Origin: an uncultured Gammaproteobacteria bacterium
Lineage (GTDB): Bacteria; Patescibacteriota; Microgenomatia; JALYQM01
Assembly (NCBI GenBank): GCA_964535655.1
Contig: CAZHTP010000001.1
Span: 186,862 to 250,861, forward strand
Reading direction: 5' to 3'
DNA: 64,000 bases
Shown here: one piece after another, positions 29,091-38,478 of the stretch
Numbering within the stretch: the first letter of the stretch is position 1
Layout: every line of letters starts with the position of its first letter
The notes under the pieces: model-generated
The model's input: only the letters and a program-made list of their open reading frames with translations
The model's database searches: none
What the model was told of the DNA's origin: nothing
Position numbers and translations under genes: made by a program

Positions 29091-29912
29091 CTATTTGGTA
29101 GATCGGGGAACGCGAAATTGTCGATTTCCGAAGTGTGTTAATCCTTCCGCTATCAGCGCTGCTTTCATAATTTGAACATATTCTGAAAAACTGCGATTAC
29201 TGACGGCATACGGTGACGTACGTTTTTCTTGGACGGCTTCAATGTATGCCTTAGAGGTTAGTTCATTCATGTAGACAGCTGTGTTACCGTTTCCCACATG
29301 GTGCGCTTCGTGGTAATCAGTAAAAGAAAAAGGAGCCAATTTAAGAGACGTATTGTAATTATGAATTCCTTTTTCCTGTTTTGCTCGTTTCCAAAAGAAT
29401 GCTTGGCACATCCAATTGTACACTTCTATACCTATGTTTTTATGGTATCTAGGAGGAATTTTACTTAATAAATCTTCAATGTTTTGTAGGCTAATTCCTT
29501 TTAGTGGTGCTACTTCAGGGTGCGGAAATATAATTATTGCATTGTAGCTGTCGATGTATTCTTCAATTAATTCAGATGGAGTAGGGCGTCGCGGCGGCTT
29601 TTTAAAATTGGCTATAAAATTTTCGGCATGGGGACGGTCGGGGATAGTAACTAATAGATCTCCTAAAGTGGTGCTTATTTCAACCGCAGGAATCGGTAAA
29701 ATTATCATTTTATGCTTATTAATTTTGTCGGCATAGTCTAAAAAGCGAGGTAAATTGGAGATTACATTGTGATCTGATAAACCGATTATCTGTAAGCCTT
29801 TTTTGACAGCAATATCAATAATTTGTTCGGGTTTGTTAAGCCCATCACTTGCATTTGAGTGTCCGTGTCCATCATACAAGTACACATTGTATTGCGCATT
29901 GTTAATTTGCAT
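29091..29912 (-). CDS. PHP-domain metal-dependent phosphoesterase
   Basis: N-terminal DGHGHSNASDG and SDHN motifs of the PHP fold. Confidence 0.7.
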   Translation of the reverse strand: MQINNAQYNVYLYDGHGHSNASDGLNKPEQIIDIAVKKGLQIIGLSDHNVISNLPRFLDYADKINKHKMIILPIPAVEISTTLGDLLVTIPDRPHAENFIANFKKPPRRPTPSELIEEYIDSYNAIIIFPHPEVAPLKGISLQNIEDLLSKIPPRYHKNIGIEVYNWMCQAFFWKRAKQEKGIHNYNTSLKLAPFSFTDYHEAHHVGNGNTAVYMNELTSKAYIEAVQEKRTSPYAVSNRSFSEYVQIMKAALIAEGLTHFGNRQFRVPRSTK

Positions 29913-29928
29913 AAGAACAATCCTTTGA

Positions 29929-30822
29929 TTAAAGCGCCGCCGCCTTAGGACTGGTGGATGCTGTGGCCGATGGTTTTGCAGTGGCCTTCAGGTTCTTTTC
30001 ATCAGTGGATTGTTTATCTGCTGCAGCAGAGGCATCTCGAATATCTTTTAATAGTCCGGCTGCTCTACCCGGAATTACAAAAATTCTTGTAATTATATTT
30101 TTGTTTGATTTGTCATCTATATAGAAGGTAAATGTGACACGATCACCAATTTTGATGTCGCTTAATTTTGGAGTATCGAGCTCTTTTACTTTAACTACAG
30201 TATCTGCATTTACCGTGTAATCAGTGACTTTATCGTCTTTACCGGGGCTTTTAATTGAAAGTACAAATGCTGCTGATCCAGAAGCTTCTCTGCTTGAAAC
30301 TATCCCATACTTTGCATTCCGAGTTTTTTCTGCTGGTGCATTTCGGGTTACTAGGACAAATTTTGCGAGCAGTGCTTTTCCTTCTTCAGTCATGTGTCCA
30401 ATAGCCACTGCTTGATCACCAATTTTAACTTTGGAAATGCTGATAACCGATTTTATTCCTTTATCAAAGAGAAATACTTTGGTTGCTTTATCAGTGTCGA
30501 CATTTTTCTGCCCGTTGGGAGTTGTGATTAAAAATTTACCTACCGCACTGGGAGTAGCTGTTACTTCTCCTTTGTATACAACCATTTTTTGATTGGATAA
30601 GCCACCGCTTGCATCTTGAGGAGATGCTGACGCTGAAGCGTTTCGTGTAGTAAGACCGCGTGTAACAGGGGATGCTGTTGTTTTAGGGGTCGCGGTACTG
30701 AAGTCTTCCACGACATCTTTAGTGGACTGTGCGTTACCTTCGATAGCTACGGTAGGCGAGATAACCGATGTAATTATTGTAAAAAATAAAACAGTTAATC
30801 CAATTGAATAATACTTTTTCAT
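29929..30822 (-). CDS. Exported hypothetical protein with an internal tandem duplication
   Basis: Signal peptide (MKKYYSIGLTVLFFTIITSVISPTVA), S/T/A-rich linkers, and two roughly 80-aa beta-rich modules each containing K(V/I)KIGD. Confidence 0.45.
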   Translation of the reverse strand: MKKYYSIGLTVLFFTIITSVISPTVAIEGNAQSTKDVVEDFSTATPKTTASPVTRGLTTRNASASASPQDASGGLSNQKMVVYKGEVTATPSAVGKFLITTPNGQKNVDTDKATKVFLFDKGIKSVISISKVKIGDQAVAIGHMTEEGKALLAKFVLVTRNAPAEKTRNAKYGIVSSREASGSAAFVLSIKSPGKDDKVTDYTVNADTVVKVKELDTPKLSDIKIGDRVTFTFYIDDKSNKNIITRIFVIPGRAAGLLKDIRDASAAADKQSTDEKNLKATAKPSATASTSPKAAAL

Positions 30823-30824
30823 TT

Positions 30825-31292
30825 TTATCCCTCCACGATGGAATACACGGTTCTGTTGATTGTTTTTTGTTGCCCGGATTGATCAAATACTGTAATAATA
30901 AGTTCATTTTCTCCTTCTTTTAATGGAACGTCGAGTGCAAATGATCCATCAGCGTTAGTATCATTTGCAATATCTTTTGAACCACCTGTAATTGTGACTG
31001 TTGTTCCTACTTTTGTTGCGCCAGCAACCTTAATTGAATTTGCGTTGATATATATATTATCTTCTGGTGAAGCGATAGTTAGTTTAATTGCGTCTTGCGG
31101 AGAAGGGGAGGCGGTGCCGGCAGCGTTTGCCTGATCTACTTGAGTAGGTGCTTTATATTGTGTTGCTTCTAGATTAAATTCTTTAGTTTTTGATTGTGAG
31201 GTAAATAGAAATACTCCCAGTGCAGCAACAAAAACTACGACAAAAATACCAATATATATCACGTATGGGGGTATACCCTGCCTGTCATTCAT
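30825..31292 (-). CDS. Membrane-anchored hypothetical protein with an Ig-like extracellular domain
   Basis: N-terminal TM helix, then a beta-sandwich-like segment (TVTITGG..DGSFALDVPLKEGENELIITV). Confidence 0.4.
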   Translation of the reverse strand: MNDRQGIPPYVIYIGIFVVVFVAALGVFLFTSQSKTKEFNLEATQYKAPTQVDQANAAGTASPSPQDAIKLTIASPEDNIYINANSIKVAGATKVGTTVTITGGSKDIANDTNADGSFALDVPLKEGENELIITVFDQSGQQKTINRTVYSIVEG

Positions 31293-31422
31293 ATCAACTC
31301 CTTGCCTCTTATATTTTGAATAGTCACATAGTACGAATATCTCCTGATGTTGTCAAGTTTGGGTATACAGAGTATAAATAGGTATACTGAGTAATCTACT
31401 TATATATAAATTGGAGGATACA

Positions 31423-32055
31423 ATGGATATTTTGTGGTACGGGCAATCATGCTTTAAATTAAAAGGTAAAAATGCATCGGTGGTTATTGATCCATATGAT
31501 CCAGAAAAAGTTGGCTTAAAGAAATTAAAGCTGTCGGGTGATATTTTGGCAATTTCTCATCAGCATGAAGATCATAACAATAAAGAGGCCGTTGAAGGTG
31601 TGCCTTTTGTGATTGAAGGTGCTGGAGAATATGAAGTGAAGGGTGTTACGGTGCACGGTATTCAAACGTTTCACGACGATAAAGATGGTAAAGAGCGTGG
31701 GCAAAATGTTGTTTATACCGTTGAAATAGATGGTGTTAATGTATGTCATTTAGGCGATTTAGGGCATGAATTAAATACGTCTCAGCTTGAAGCAATTGGT
31801 GATGTAGATGTTTTGCTGGTTCCTGTTGGTGGTGTGTATACCATTGATGCAGCGGCTGCAATTAAGGTTATCGCACAAATCGAGCCAAAGGTTGTAATTC
31901 CTATGCATTATAAGACCAGCGATAAATTGCCATTGGGGACTCTTGAAGAATTTTTAAAGGTTTACGGCAAAGGCAAAATTGACCCAGTCGCAAAATATGT
32001 TACGGCAAAAGATAAATTACCTGAAGGCGAAGAGCTGGTAGTATTGGAAATGTAA
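31423..32055 (+). CDS. MBL-fold metallo-hydrolase
   Basis: HQHEDH metal-binding motif and the later H/D ligands. The ORF-track TTG at 31411 sits inside the SD TTGGAGGA; the ATG is at 31423. Confidence 0.7.
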   Translation: MDILWYGQSCFKLKGKNASVVIDPYDPEKVGLKKLKLSGDILAISHQHEDHNNKEAVEGVPFVIEGAGEYEVKGVTVHGIQTFHDDKDGKERGQNVVYTVEIDGVNVCHLGDLGHELNTSQLEAIGDVDVLLVPVGGVYTIDAAAAIKVIAQIEPKVVIPMHYKTSDKLPLGTLEEFLKVYGKGKIDPVAKYVTAKDKLPEGEELVVLEM

Positions 32056-32057
32056 TT

Positions 32058-33368
32058 ATGGAAAATATTCCCCCACAAAACATAGAGGCGGAGCAGTCTG
32101 TCTTAGGCGCCTTGTTGTTATCGGCTGATGCAATTGTCGAGGTAGCTGAAATTCTTAAACCGCATCATTTTTATCGAGAAGAGCAGCACGGGACTATTTA
32201 TGCATGCATGATTGATTTATACGAACGTCGTGAACCGATTGATGTGATCACGCTGCAAGAAGAGCTGCGTAGGCGTGAAGCGTATGATTTGGTTGGAGGA
32301 AGTGCATATTTAGCAATGCTGGCATCGGTTGTTCCTACAGCTGCTAATGTTGTCCGTTATGCCAAGATCGTTAAAGATCATTTTACTAAACGAGAGCTGA
32401 TTTCATCGGCAAATCGTATTTCAGAAATGGCGATGTCGCCAACGAGTGATGTTGCAAGTGTTTTAGATCAGGCCGAGCAGTTAGTTTTTCACTTATCTCA
32501 GGAACATACAAATAGTGACTTCGTTCCGATTAGAGATACGCTTGCTGAATCTTTTGATCGGCTAGATGATTTACATAAGAATGCCGGTAAATTGCGTGGC
32601 GTTCCAACAGGATTTCGCGATGTTGACAATAAGCTTGCTGGTCTTCAAGACTCGGCACTTATTGTATTGGCTGCTCGCCCTGGTACCGGTAAAACTGCAT
32701 TTTCTTTAAATATCGCGCAAAACGCGGCAATTCGTTACAAAATTCCGGTTGGTTATTTTTCGTTGGAAATGTCTAAAGAAGAATTAACCGACCGTTTGCT
32801 TTCTATTCAGTCCCTTGTTGATGGTTGGAACATTAAAACAGGTCGATTAGAAGAAACGGATTGGGAGAAGCTGCAGGATGCTATGGGTGAGTTGGCGGAG
32901 GCTCCTCTTTACATTGACGACACTCCTGGTATTTCAATTATGGAAATGCGTACTAAAGCACGACGCTTACAAATGGAAAAAGGGTTGAAATTGTTAATTG
33001 TTGATTATTTGCAGTTGGTACATGGTCGAACCACTGATAACCGTGTGCAAGAAGTTTCGGAAATCTCACAAGGACTTAAAAACTTGGCTCGTGAATTACG
33101 GATTCCAGTGCTTGCGCTTTCTCAACTATCGCGTGCTGTGGAGTCGCGCACTTCAAAGGCACCACAACTTTCTGACCTTCGTGAATCGGGTGCTATTGAA
33201 CAGGATGCTGATGTGGTAATGTTTCTTTACAAAGAAGATCCAGATCAACCGGAATTTATTAAGCTTGGTATAGCCAAGCATCGTTCTGGCGCTATAGGAG
33301 ATATTGATCTAGTGTTTAAGGGTGCCAGGCAACGGTTTTATGGTGTTGATAAAAAGAAGGTTAGTTAA
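32058..33368 (+). CDS. dnaB: Replicative DNA helicase DnaB
   Basis: Walker A ARPGTGKT, DYLQL, SQLSR, and arginine-finger region. Confidence 0.95.
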   Translation: MENIPPQNIEAEQSVLGALLLSADAIVEVAEILKPHHFYREEQHGTIYACMIDLYERREPIDVITLQEELRRREAYDLVGGSAYLAMLASVVPTAANVVRYAKIVKDHFTKRELISSANRISEMAMSPTSDVASVLDQAEQLVFHLSQEHTNSDFVPIRDTLAESFDRLDDLHKNAGKLRGVPTGFRDVDNKLAGLQDSALIVLAARPGTGKTAFSLNIAQNAAIRYKIPVGYFSLEMSKEELTDRLLSIQSLVDGWNIKTGRLEETDWEKLQDAMGELAEAPLYIDDTPGISIMEMRTKARRLQMEKGLKLLIVDYLQLVHGRTTDNRVQEVSEISQGLKNLARELRIPVLALSQLSRAVESRTSKAPQLSDLRESGAIEQDADVVMFLYKEDPDQPEFIKLGIAKHRSGAIGDIDLVFKGARQRFYGVDKKKVS

Positions 33369-33982
33369 TATATACCTTGACATTCACTGTTGGGGCCGTC
33401 CCAGACAGTTTTGCCCGTTTGTAAGTCTACATAAATTTTTCGTCGGTTTTGCATGGTTTCCATATTACAGTAGCTTAATTGTGCAACGATTGCACCTTGA
33501 TACATTACGAGCGTCAATCCGCTGCCTAGATTTTCTCTTTTAGCTATTTCGGATAATTCTTTTTTGCTGATAGTCCATTTGCAATGATACTTGTCCAATT
33601 CACAACTTGGTAGTGCTAAGGGGACATGATTGTTTGCTAGACTTACTTTGGATTGATTTCCATCATTTGAGTAATAAAAAAGATATGTGGGATTCTTTTC
33701 GTATACTTTTCCTGGTAGAAATTCATAGTCTATGTAGCAAAAGGAACTATTTAAATTGCAGCTTTGTGAATCCATTAAATTAATTTCATAATTATTTCTG
33801 AATTCTTTTTCCCCAACAATGCTTGCGATATAGGCGTCTAACTGACTTTTGACTCTAGAGTCGATTTTGGCTGGGAACTTTATTTTAGGGAGTAAGGGGA
33901 ACATTACCAATAGCAATGCTATTATTAGCGGAATCAGTGCAATAATGATTGGTGTTTTGTTTACTTTAGGTAGCTTGCTCAT
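33365..33982 (-). CDS. Hypothetical membrane-anchored protein
   Basis: 205 aa with an N-terminal TM helix and several Cys in the extracytoplasmic part; no recognisable family. Confidence 0.35.
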   Translation of the reverse strand: MSKLPKVNKTPIIIALIPLIIALLLVMFPLLPKIKFPAKIDSRVKSQLDAYIASIVGEKEFRNNYEINLMDSQSCNLNSSFCYIDYEFLPGKVYEKNPTYLFYYSNDGNQSKVSLANNHVPLALPSCELDKYHCKWTISKKELSEIAKRENLGSGLTLVMYQGAIVAQLSYCNMETMQNRRKIYVDLQTGKTVWDGPNSECQGIY

Positions 33983-34153
33983 CTACAGTTAATTTTACAT
34001 CGCAGATTATTTAATTTTCAAGTTGAACACTATTGAGATAATGGATCAATTTTATTCTAGTAATTACTATCAACAACCTCTTGAGTAAAGTTCCTTTGAT
34101 TTGAATTTGACAGACATATAGGAATTGACAACGAAAGCCCTCTGTGATATGCT

Positions 34154-35332
34154 ATGGGCCATATGTCTGAGTTAAATAATGGTTCTTCTTGGTCGCGCGA
34201 GCAAATGATTCCAGAAAAAGGTAAAAGGGAACGGAGGTTGTTACCAATAGCCTTAACAGGATTAGCCCTAGCAAGGTGCGGGTCACTGACCGCTCCAGAG
34301 CCCGCACCGCAGATACAAGCAATCAGTGTCCCAAGCATGCCTACTGCAGAAAGCCGTTCGCCAGATTTCTTGAGGGTGGATAGTCACCCAGGCTTTGAGC
34401 TAGAAGCGCCTTATGACTATTGTCCAGTGCTAGCCGCTTTGATACCGCAGCCAACAGATGCGAGCGCTGAGTCTCCTACAGCAGTTGCAATGACTGAGCC
34501 TGAGGCTAGTGAAACACAAGAATTTATAGGTAATTCTGATGGCATTGCTGCCTGGAGTCGAGAAATTAATCTGAGTAGAATGGTAGGGTATAGACCCGGT
34601 CTTGAGGAACTCCATGTTGCAATTGTTCCTGTGGGGTATTCGAACCCTAGGGCCGAGATGCCAAAATTCCTAGAGTACTTAAATCTTTTTTATGGGGACT
34701 ATCCGATTAATTTTTACTTTACTGACAAAAGTGTGCCTATTGGAATAACTTTTGGATCAGATTCGTCCGCTCGATACACCGATGGGGAAGAACATAAGCG
34801 GGTTGAAAACGCCTTAAACCAGTATGGAAAAACTGATGTGGTTATATACATGACAAATAGTGGAGAAAATTATGGTGATTATGTATACGCCAATCCAGAT
34901 CAAGGTATTTCTGCATCTGCAATAGTAGTTTCCGGGGAACGAGAAGATACGCATGTTGTCCTTCCACACGAGTTGGGCCACTTTGCGTTAGATGATGGAT
35001 ATCATAGTGAGGTAGGTGCGTATTGGGCAGCAAGATCTACAGAGATTTTTACGGACGTGCGAAGGCTTCCTCCTAACGTAGCTACGGTATATAGGCGAGA
35101 TCCTTCTAAATATCCTATATACTCAACACCCGCCACTTGTGGGAAAGACCCTATTTTTCGGTGGAGACCTGATGGGCAATACGACCTGATGTACTATCCT
35201 TACTACAAGTCAAACGGAGAAATAATAGAAGCGCACAGTAAAGGCATTCCGCTCTTAAACCCAATGCAAAAAAGTATATTTGGCAGTGCTGTAGAGGCCA
35301 AAATTGCTGAGAATAAAAGAAAAACGCATTAG
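34154..35332 (+). CDS. Putative secreted zinc metalloprotease-like protein (HExxH)
   Basis: HELGHFALDDGYH motif, an N-terminal hydrophobic signal-like segment, and a GC-rich 5' third that differs from the window's composition. An alternative start is the ATG at 34163. Confidence 0.45.
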   Translation: MGHMSELNNGSSWSREQMIPEKGKRERRLLPIALTGLALARCGSLTAPEPAPQIQAISVPSMPTAESRSPDFLRVDSHPGFELEAPYDYCPVLAALIPQPTDASAESPTAVAMTEPEASETQEFIGNSDGIAAWSREINLSRMVGYRPGLEELHVAIVPVGYSNPRAEMPKFLEYLNLFYGDYPINFYFTDKSVPIGITFGSDSSARYTDGEEHKRVENALNQYGKTDVVIYMTNSGENYGDYVYANPDQGISASAIVVSGEREDTHVVLPHELGHFALDDGYHSEVGAYWAARSTEIFTDVRRLPPNVATVYRRDPSKYPIYSTPATCGKDPIFRWRPDGQYDLMYYPYYKSNGEIIEAHSKGIPLLNPMQKSIFGSAVEAKIAENKRKTH

Positions 35333-35378
35333 CTTTTTTTGTAATAGTATATCGTCTCATTTCACTTAGTTTGCTTTG

Positions 35379-35462
35379 TGCCGAGGGAGGGAGTCGAACC
35401 CTCACATCCATTATAGATATTGGTTTTTGAGACCAACGCGTCTGCCATTCCGCCACCCCGGC
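35379..35462 (-). tRNA. tRNA-Leu (anticodon CAA), type II with a long variable arm; CCA not encoded
   Basis: Folded by hand: acceptor GCCGGGG/CCTCGGC, 3-bp D-stem, anticodon loop CUCAAAA, T-loop TTCGACT. Confidence 0.8.
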
Positions 35463-35544
35463 AATTAGTGACTATTTTATCAATAATCAAACTAAATAGC
35501 AAAAGCAGACACTCTAAAAATTTTCTGTTATAATTTTAAAAACT

Positions 35545-36291
35545 ATGTATCCAATCTTATTTAAAGTCGGTCCAATGGTTATTTATACCTATGGATTTGC
35601 GATTACGATAGCTACTTTAGTAGCAAGTTTCTTGATTTGGCGAAGGGCGCGTAAGCTTTTGTATAACGAAGAGCATATTATCGATATGATTCTGTTTTCG
35701 CTCTTTGTTGCGCTAGTTTTCGCCCGGGGAGTTTATGTTGTATATCATTCTCATCAGTTTGGTTCCGAAATTCTAAAGATTCTACTCGTGACATATTTTC
35801 CTGGACTTGATGGCGTTGCAGCACTTGTTGGTGGACTGCTCGGGTTTTTGGTTTTTTCGTATTTACGACGTTGGAAGCTTTGGCCAATATTTGACTGTAT
35901 TGTTAAAGGAATGACTTTAGGAATAGCTATTGTTATGATGGGAGCTTTTTTCGCCGGAAGCTATGTAGGCACACCGACTCATTCAGGTTGGGGAGTGGTT
36001 TTGCCTGGGTTTACCGAACTTCGACACCCTGTAGCACTTTATTATGCACTCTATAGCTTTATCCTCTTTATAATTTTAGTTTTTGTTGATAAAGTGCGTA
36101 GGCCCGATGGCTTAATTACATCGTTATTTTTTATTATTTTTGGGATAGGGTTGTTTGTTTTCGAATATTTTACCGAAGGCGGAGCAACGCTGTTTGGAGT
36201 TCATTTGACACAGTTTTGGGGAATTGTTAGTATAGTCATTGGAATTCTGTTCATGATACGTGTTCGAAAGGAAAAATATGTTACAACCTGA
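35545..36291 (+). CDS. lgt: Prolipoprotein diacylglyceryl transferase Lgt
   Basis: 248 aa, polytopic. The N-terminal WYG-like start and the RHPVALYYA region (compare RHPSQLYE) fit Lgt. Confidence 0.65.
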   Translation: MYPILFKVGPMVIYTYGFAITIATLVASFLIWRRARKLLYNEEHIIDMILFSLFVALVFARGVYVVYHSHQFGSEILKILLVTYFPGLDGVAALVGGLLGFLVFSYLRRWKLWPIFDCIVKGMTLGIAIVMMGAFFAGSYVGTPTHSGWGVVLPGFTELRHPVALYYALYSFILFIILVFVDKVRRPDGLITSLFFIIFGIGLFVFEYFTEGGATLFGVHLTQFWGIVSIVIGILFMIRVRKEKYVTT

Positions 36292-36664
36292 TGTAGTAAA
36301 AAAGATAAAAGTAAAATTGCAGTCACAAAAAAAAGAATCACTTGAGCGTATTGCTGAATTGGAAAAAACTGACCCATTTAACCTTGATGCGGCGCTAGAT
36401 TTAGTTGATGATCGCACCTCACCCGATGATGAAGCTCAAGTGAATGAGGTTCACGAGCGAGTTGCCTCTCAAGTTGCATCACTACAAAACAGTGTTGCCC
36501 GTATCGAATCAGCTTTAGAGCGAATGGTAAAGGGAACCTATGGGGTTTGTGAGGCGTGTGGAAAAGAGATTGAAGAAACACGTTTAAGTATTATGCCTTT
36601 AGCAAGTTTGTGCTTGGACGATGAAAAAAGTATAGAAAAGCGCGCTAAAAAGATCACCTCATAA
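36278..36664 (+). CDS. DksA/TraR-family C4 zinc-finger protein
   Basis: C-terminal [14 protein letters not shown] four-Cys finger after a coiled-coil. SD AAAGGA lies 6 nt before the ATG at 36278. Overlaps the lgt 3' end by 14 nt. Confidence 0.65.
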   Translation: MLQPDVVKKIKVKLQSQKKESLERIAELEKTDPFNLDAALDLVDDRTSPDDEAQVNEVHERVASQVASLQNSVARIESALERMVKGTYGVCEACGKEIEETRLSIMPLASLCLDDEKSIEKRAKKITS

Positions 36665-36669
36665 TATTC

Positions 36670-37137
36670 ATGTATATATATCAGCTGCCACTTTCGTTAC
36701 GAAAAAAAATCTTCTTTTGTGGTGCTGTTTTTTCCATTGTTTTGATTTTAGATCAACTGAGTAAATATTTTGTTATTACGTATACTTTGCTTCCTGTTTT
36801 TTTTAATAACACAATCGCATTTTCTTTACCAATTGCCTGGTATTTACCGTGGCTTTTTTTATTCGTAAGTCTCATTTATGTATCTTTAACAAATAAAGCC
36901 AACTATTTTTCTATTGAGAAATTAGATACTCTCCTAAGTAAAAGGTTGTTATCCGTAGCATTGCCACTTATCGTTGGAGGTGGTATATCAAATATTATAG
37001 ATCGGGTATTTCATAACGGTAGCGTCGTTGATTTTATTGATCTGCGTTATTGGCCAGTGTTCAATTTGGCTGATTCTGCTATAGTTATTGGAGTATTCTT
37101 GATTATTTATCACTTATACCAAAAAAAGGGAGCGTAA
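36670..37137 (+). CDS. lspA: Lipoprotein signal peptidase II
   Basis: [10 protein letters not shown] and [14 protein letters not shown] motifs. Confidence 0.85.
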   Translation: MYIYQLPLSLRKKIFFCGAVFSIVLILDQLSKYFVITYTLLPVFFNNTIAFSLPIAWYLPWLFLFVSLIYVSLTNKANYFSIEKLDTLLSKRLLSVALPLIVGGGISNIIDRVFHNGSVVDFIDLRYWPVFNLADSAIVIGVFLIIYHLYQKKGA

Positions 37138-37138
37138 A

Positions 37139-37528
37139 ATGGCAAGTCACAAAATTCTACTTGTTGAAGATGATCAGTTTTTACGAGATATGTACAATGA
37201 ACTTCTTTCTGATGAAGGATTTGAAGTTACAGCGTGTGCTGATGGTGAGGATGGCTACAATAAGGCAATGGAAGGTGGATTCAATTTAGTCCTATTGGAT
37301 ATTATGCTCCCCAAAATGGACGGTTTACAGATCCTTAAGAATCTCAAAGAAAAAGACATGCTTGGCAAGAACGGACCTGTTGTAATGCTAACAAATCTTG
37401 GACAGGATAATATTGTGAAAGAAGGGTTTGATTATGGGGCTTCGGGATATCTTATCAAGAGTGCGATGACTCCTGACCAAGTTCTTCATGAAGTGCACAC
37501 TTTTTTGAATACCGGAAAAGCTGCTTAA
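37139..37528 (+). CDS. Stand-alone response-regulator receiver domain (CheY-like)
   Basis: LLVEDD, LDIMLPKMDG and the conserved T/K positions. 129 aa with no output domain. Begins 2 nt after the lspA stop. Confidence 0.8.
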   Translation: MASHKILLVEDDQFLRDMYNELLSDEGFEVTACADGEDGYNKAMEGGFNLVLLDIMLPKMDGLQILKNLKEKDMLGKNGPVVMLTNLGQDNIVKEGFDYGASGYLIKSAMTPDQVLHEVHTFLNTGKAA

Positions 37529-37571
37529 TGTATCTTCCCTTTATTAAAGCTTTTTCTGGTATAATGCCGTA

Positions 37572-38333
37572 ATGAAAACTTATTCTTTGCCGATATTGTT
37601 CCAGGACGAGTATCTTATTGCTATTGATAAGCCGTTTGGGATGTCGGTTGCCCCTTCTGAGTCGGATAAGGATATTACGGTTGCTGAGGTAATAACTGAG
37701 CAAATTGGTATCCCACTGGACCGTGCAGGTATTATTCACCGGTTGGATAAAGATACTTCTGGAGTGCTTCTTGTTGCAAAAACCCAAGATATGTTGGGGT
37801 TAATGCAAGAAAAGTTTAAAGGCAGAGAAGTTCATAAGACATACCGTGCTTTGGTTCATGGGCAAATCGAAGAAGAGAAGGGAATTATTAAGGCTCCAAT
37901 TGCTCGAAATCCCAAGAATAGAGAAAAATTTGGTGTTTTTGAAGGAGGACGAGATTCGGAGACACGTTTTGAAATAGAAAAGCGATTAACTTTGCCTTTT
38001 GAGAAAATAGAAGAAGTGCTCGGCGCGATGACTAAAAAAGAGAAGGTATTTTATCAGGGCGAAGCGACTGACTATTGTTTGGTAAAACTTTTTCCCAGAA
38101 CTGGTCGTACTCACCAAATTCGAGTTCACATGAAGTTTATTAATCATCCGTTGGTTGGGGATGAAGTGTACACTGGCAAAAAGCTGTATCGTTTTGATGC
38201 TCGTTGGTGCACGCGGCAATTCTTGCATGCCGCTGCGATTGAGTTTGAACATCCCGTCACTAAAGTAAATTTGAAGATTGACGCTCCTTTAGCTGAAGAT
38301 CTAATTTTAGCCTTAGAATATTTAACAAGTTAG
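37572..38333 (+). CDS. RluA-family pseudouridine synthase
   Basis: HRLDKDTSGVLLVAKT catalytic Asp motif. The extended -10 TGGTATAAT sits 6 nt before the ATG. Confidence 0.85.
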   Translation: MKTYSLPILFQDEYLIAIDKPFGMSVAPSESDKDITVAEVITEQIGIPLDRAGIIHRLDKDTSGVLLVAKTQDMLGLMQEKFKGREVHKTYRALVHGQIEEEKGIIKAPIARNPKNREKFGVFEGGRDSETRFEIEKRLTLPFEKIEEVLGAMTKKEKVFYQGEATDYCLVKLFPRTGRTHQIRVHMKFINHPLVGDEVYTGKKLYRFDARWCTRQFLHAAAIEFEHPVTKVNLKIDAPLAEDLILALEYLTS

Positions 38334-38478
38334 CCCCCTTGTTGTACGACTTTGATTATAGCGATAAATCTGGTATACTTTCTCAAGTTATTTTTATTAC
38401 GCACACGTACAGCAGTATCCTTGCCTAGAATTGAGTTCAGTTCGAGGTATTGTATGTGGAGGTTGAAAGGAGCACGTA

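Noticed and set aside
34057-34338. 93-aa minus-strand ORF overlapping the start of the metalloprotease-like gene.
   Set aside because: It overlaps the GC-rich 5' end of the better-supported plus-strand gene, and its own upstream region lies inside that gene. It is probably a compositional artefact.
35151-35456. 101-aa minus-strand ORF downstream of the metalloprotease-like gene.
   Set aside because: Its 5' portion is the tRNA-Leu(CAA) gene itself (35379-35462). The reading frame runs through a structured tRNA, so it is spurious.
38369-38377. TGGTATACT box about 100 nt upstream of rpsB, initially read as another leaderless promoter.
   Set aside because: No ATG lies 6-10 nt downstream; the next start (rpsB, 38479) has a classical SD. 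It is better interpreted as the promoter of a leadered rpsB transcript and is mentioned under the rpsB leader finding.
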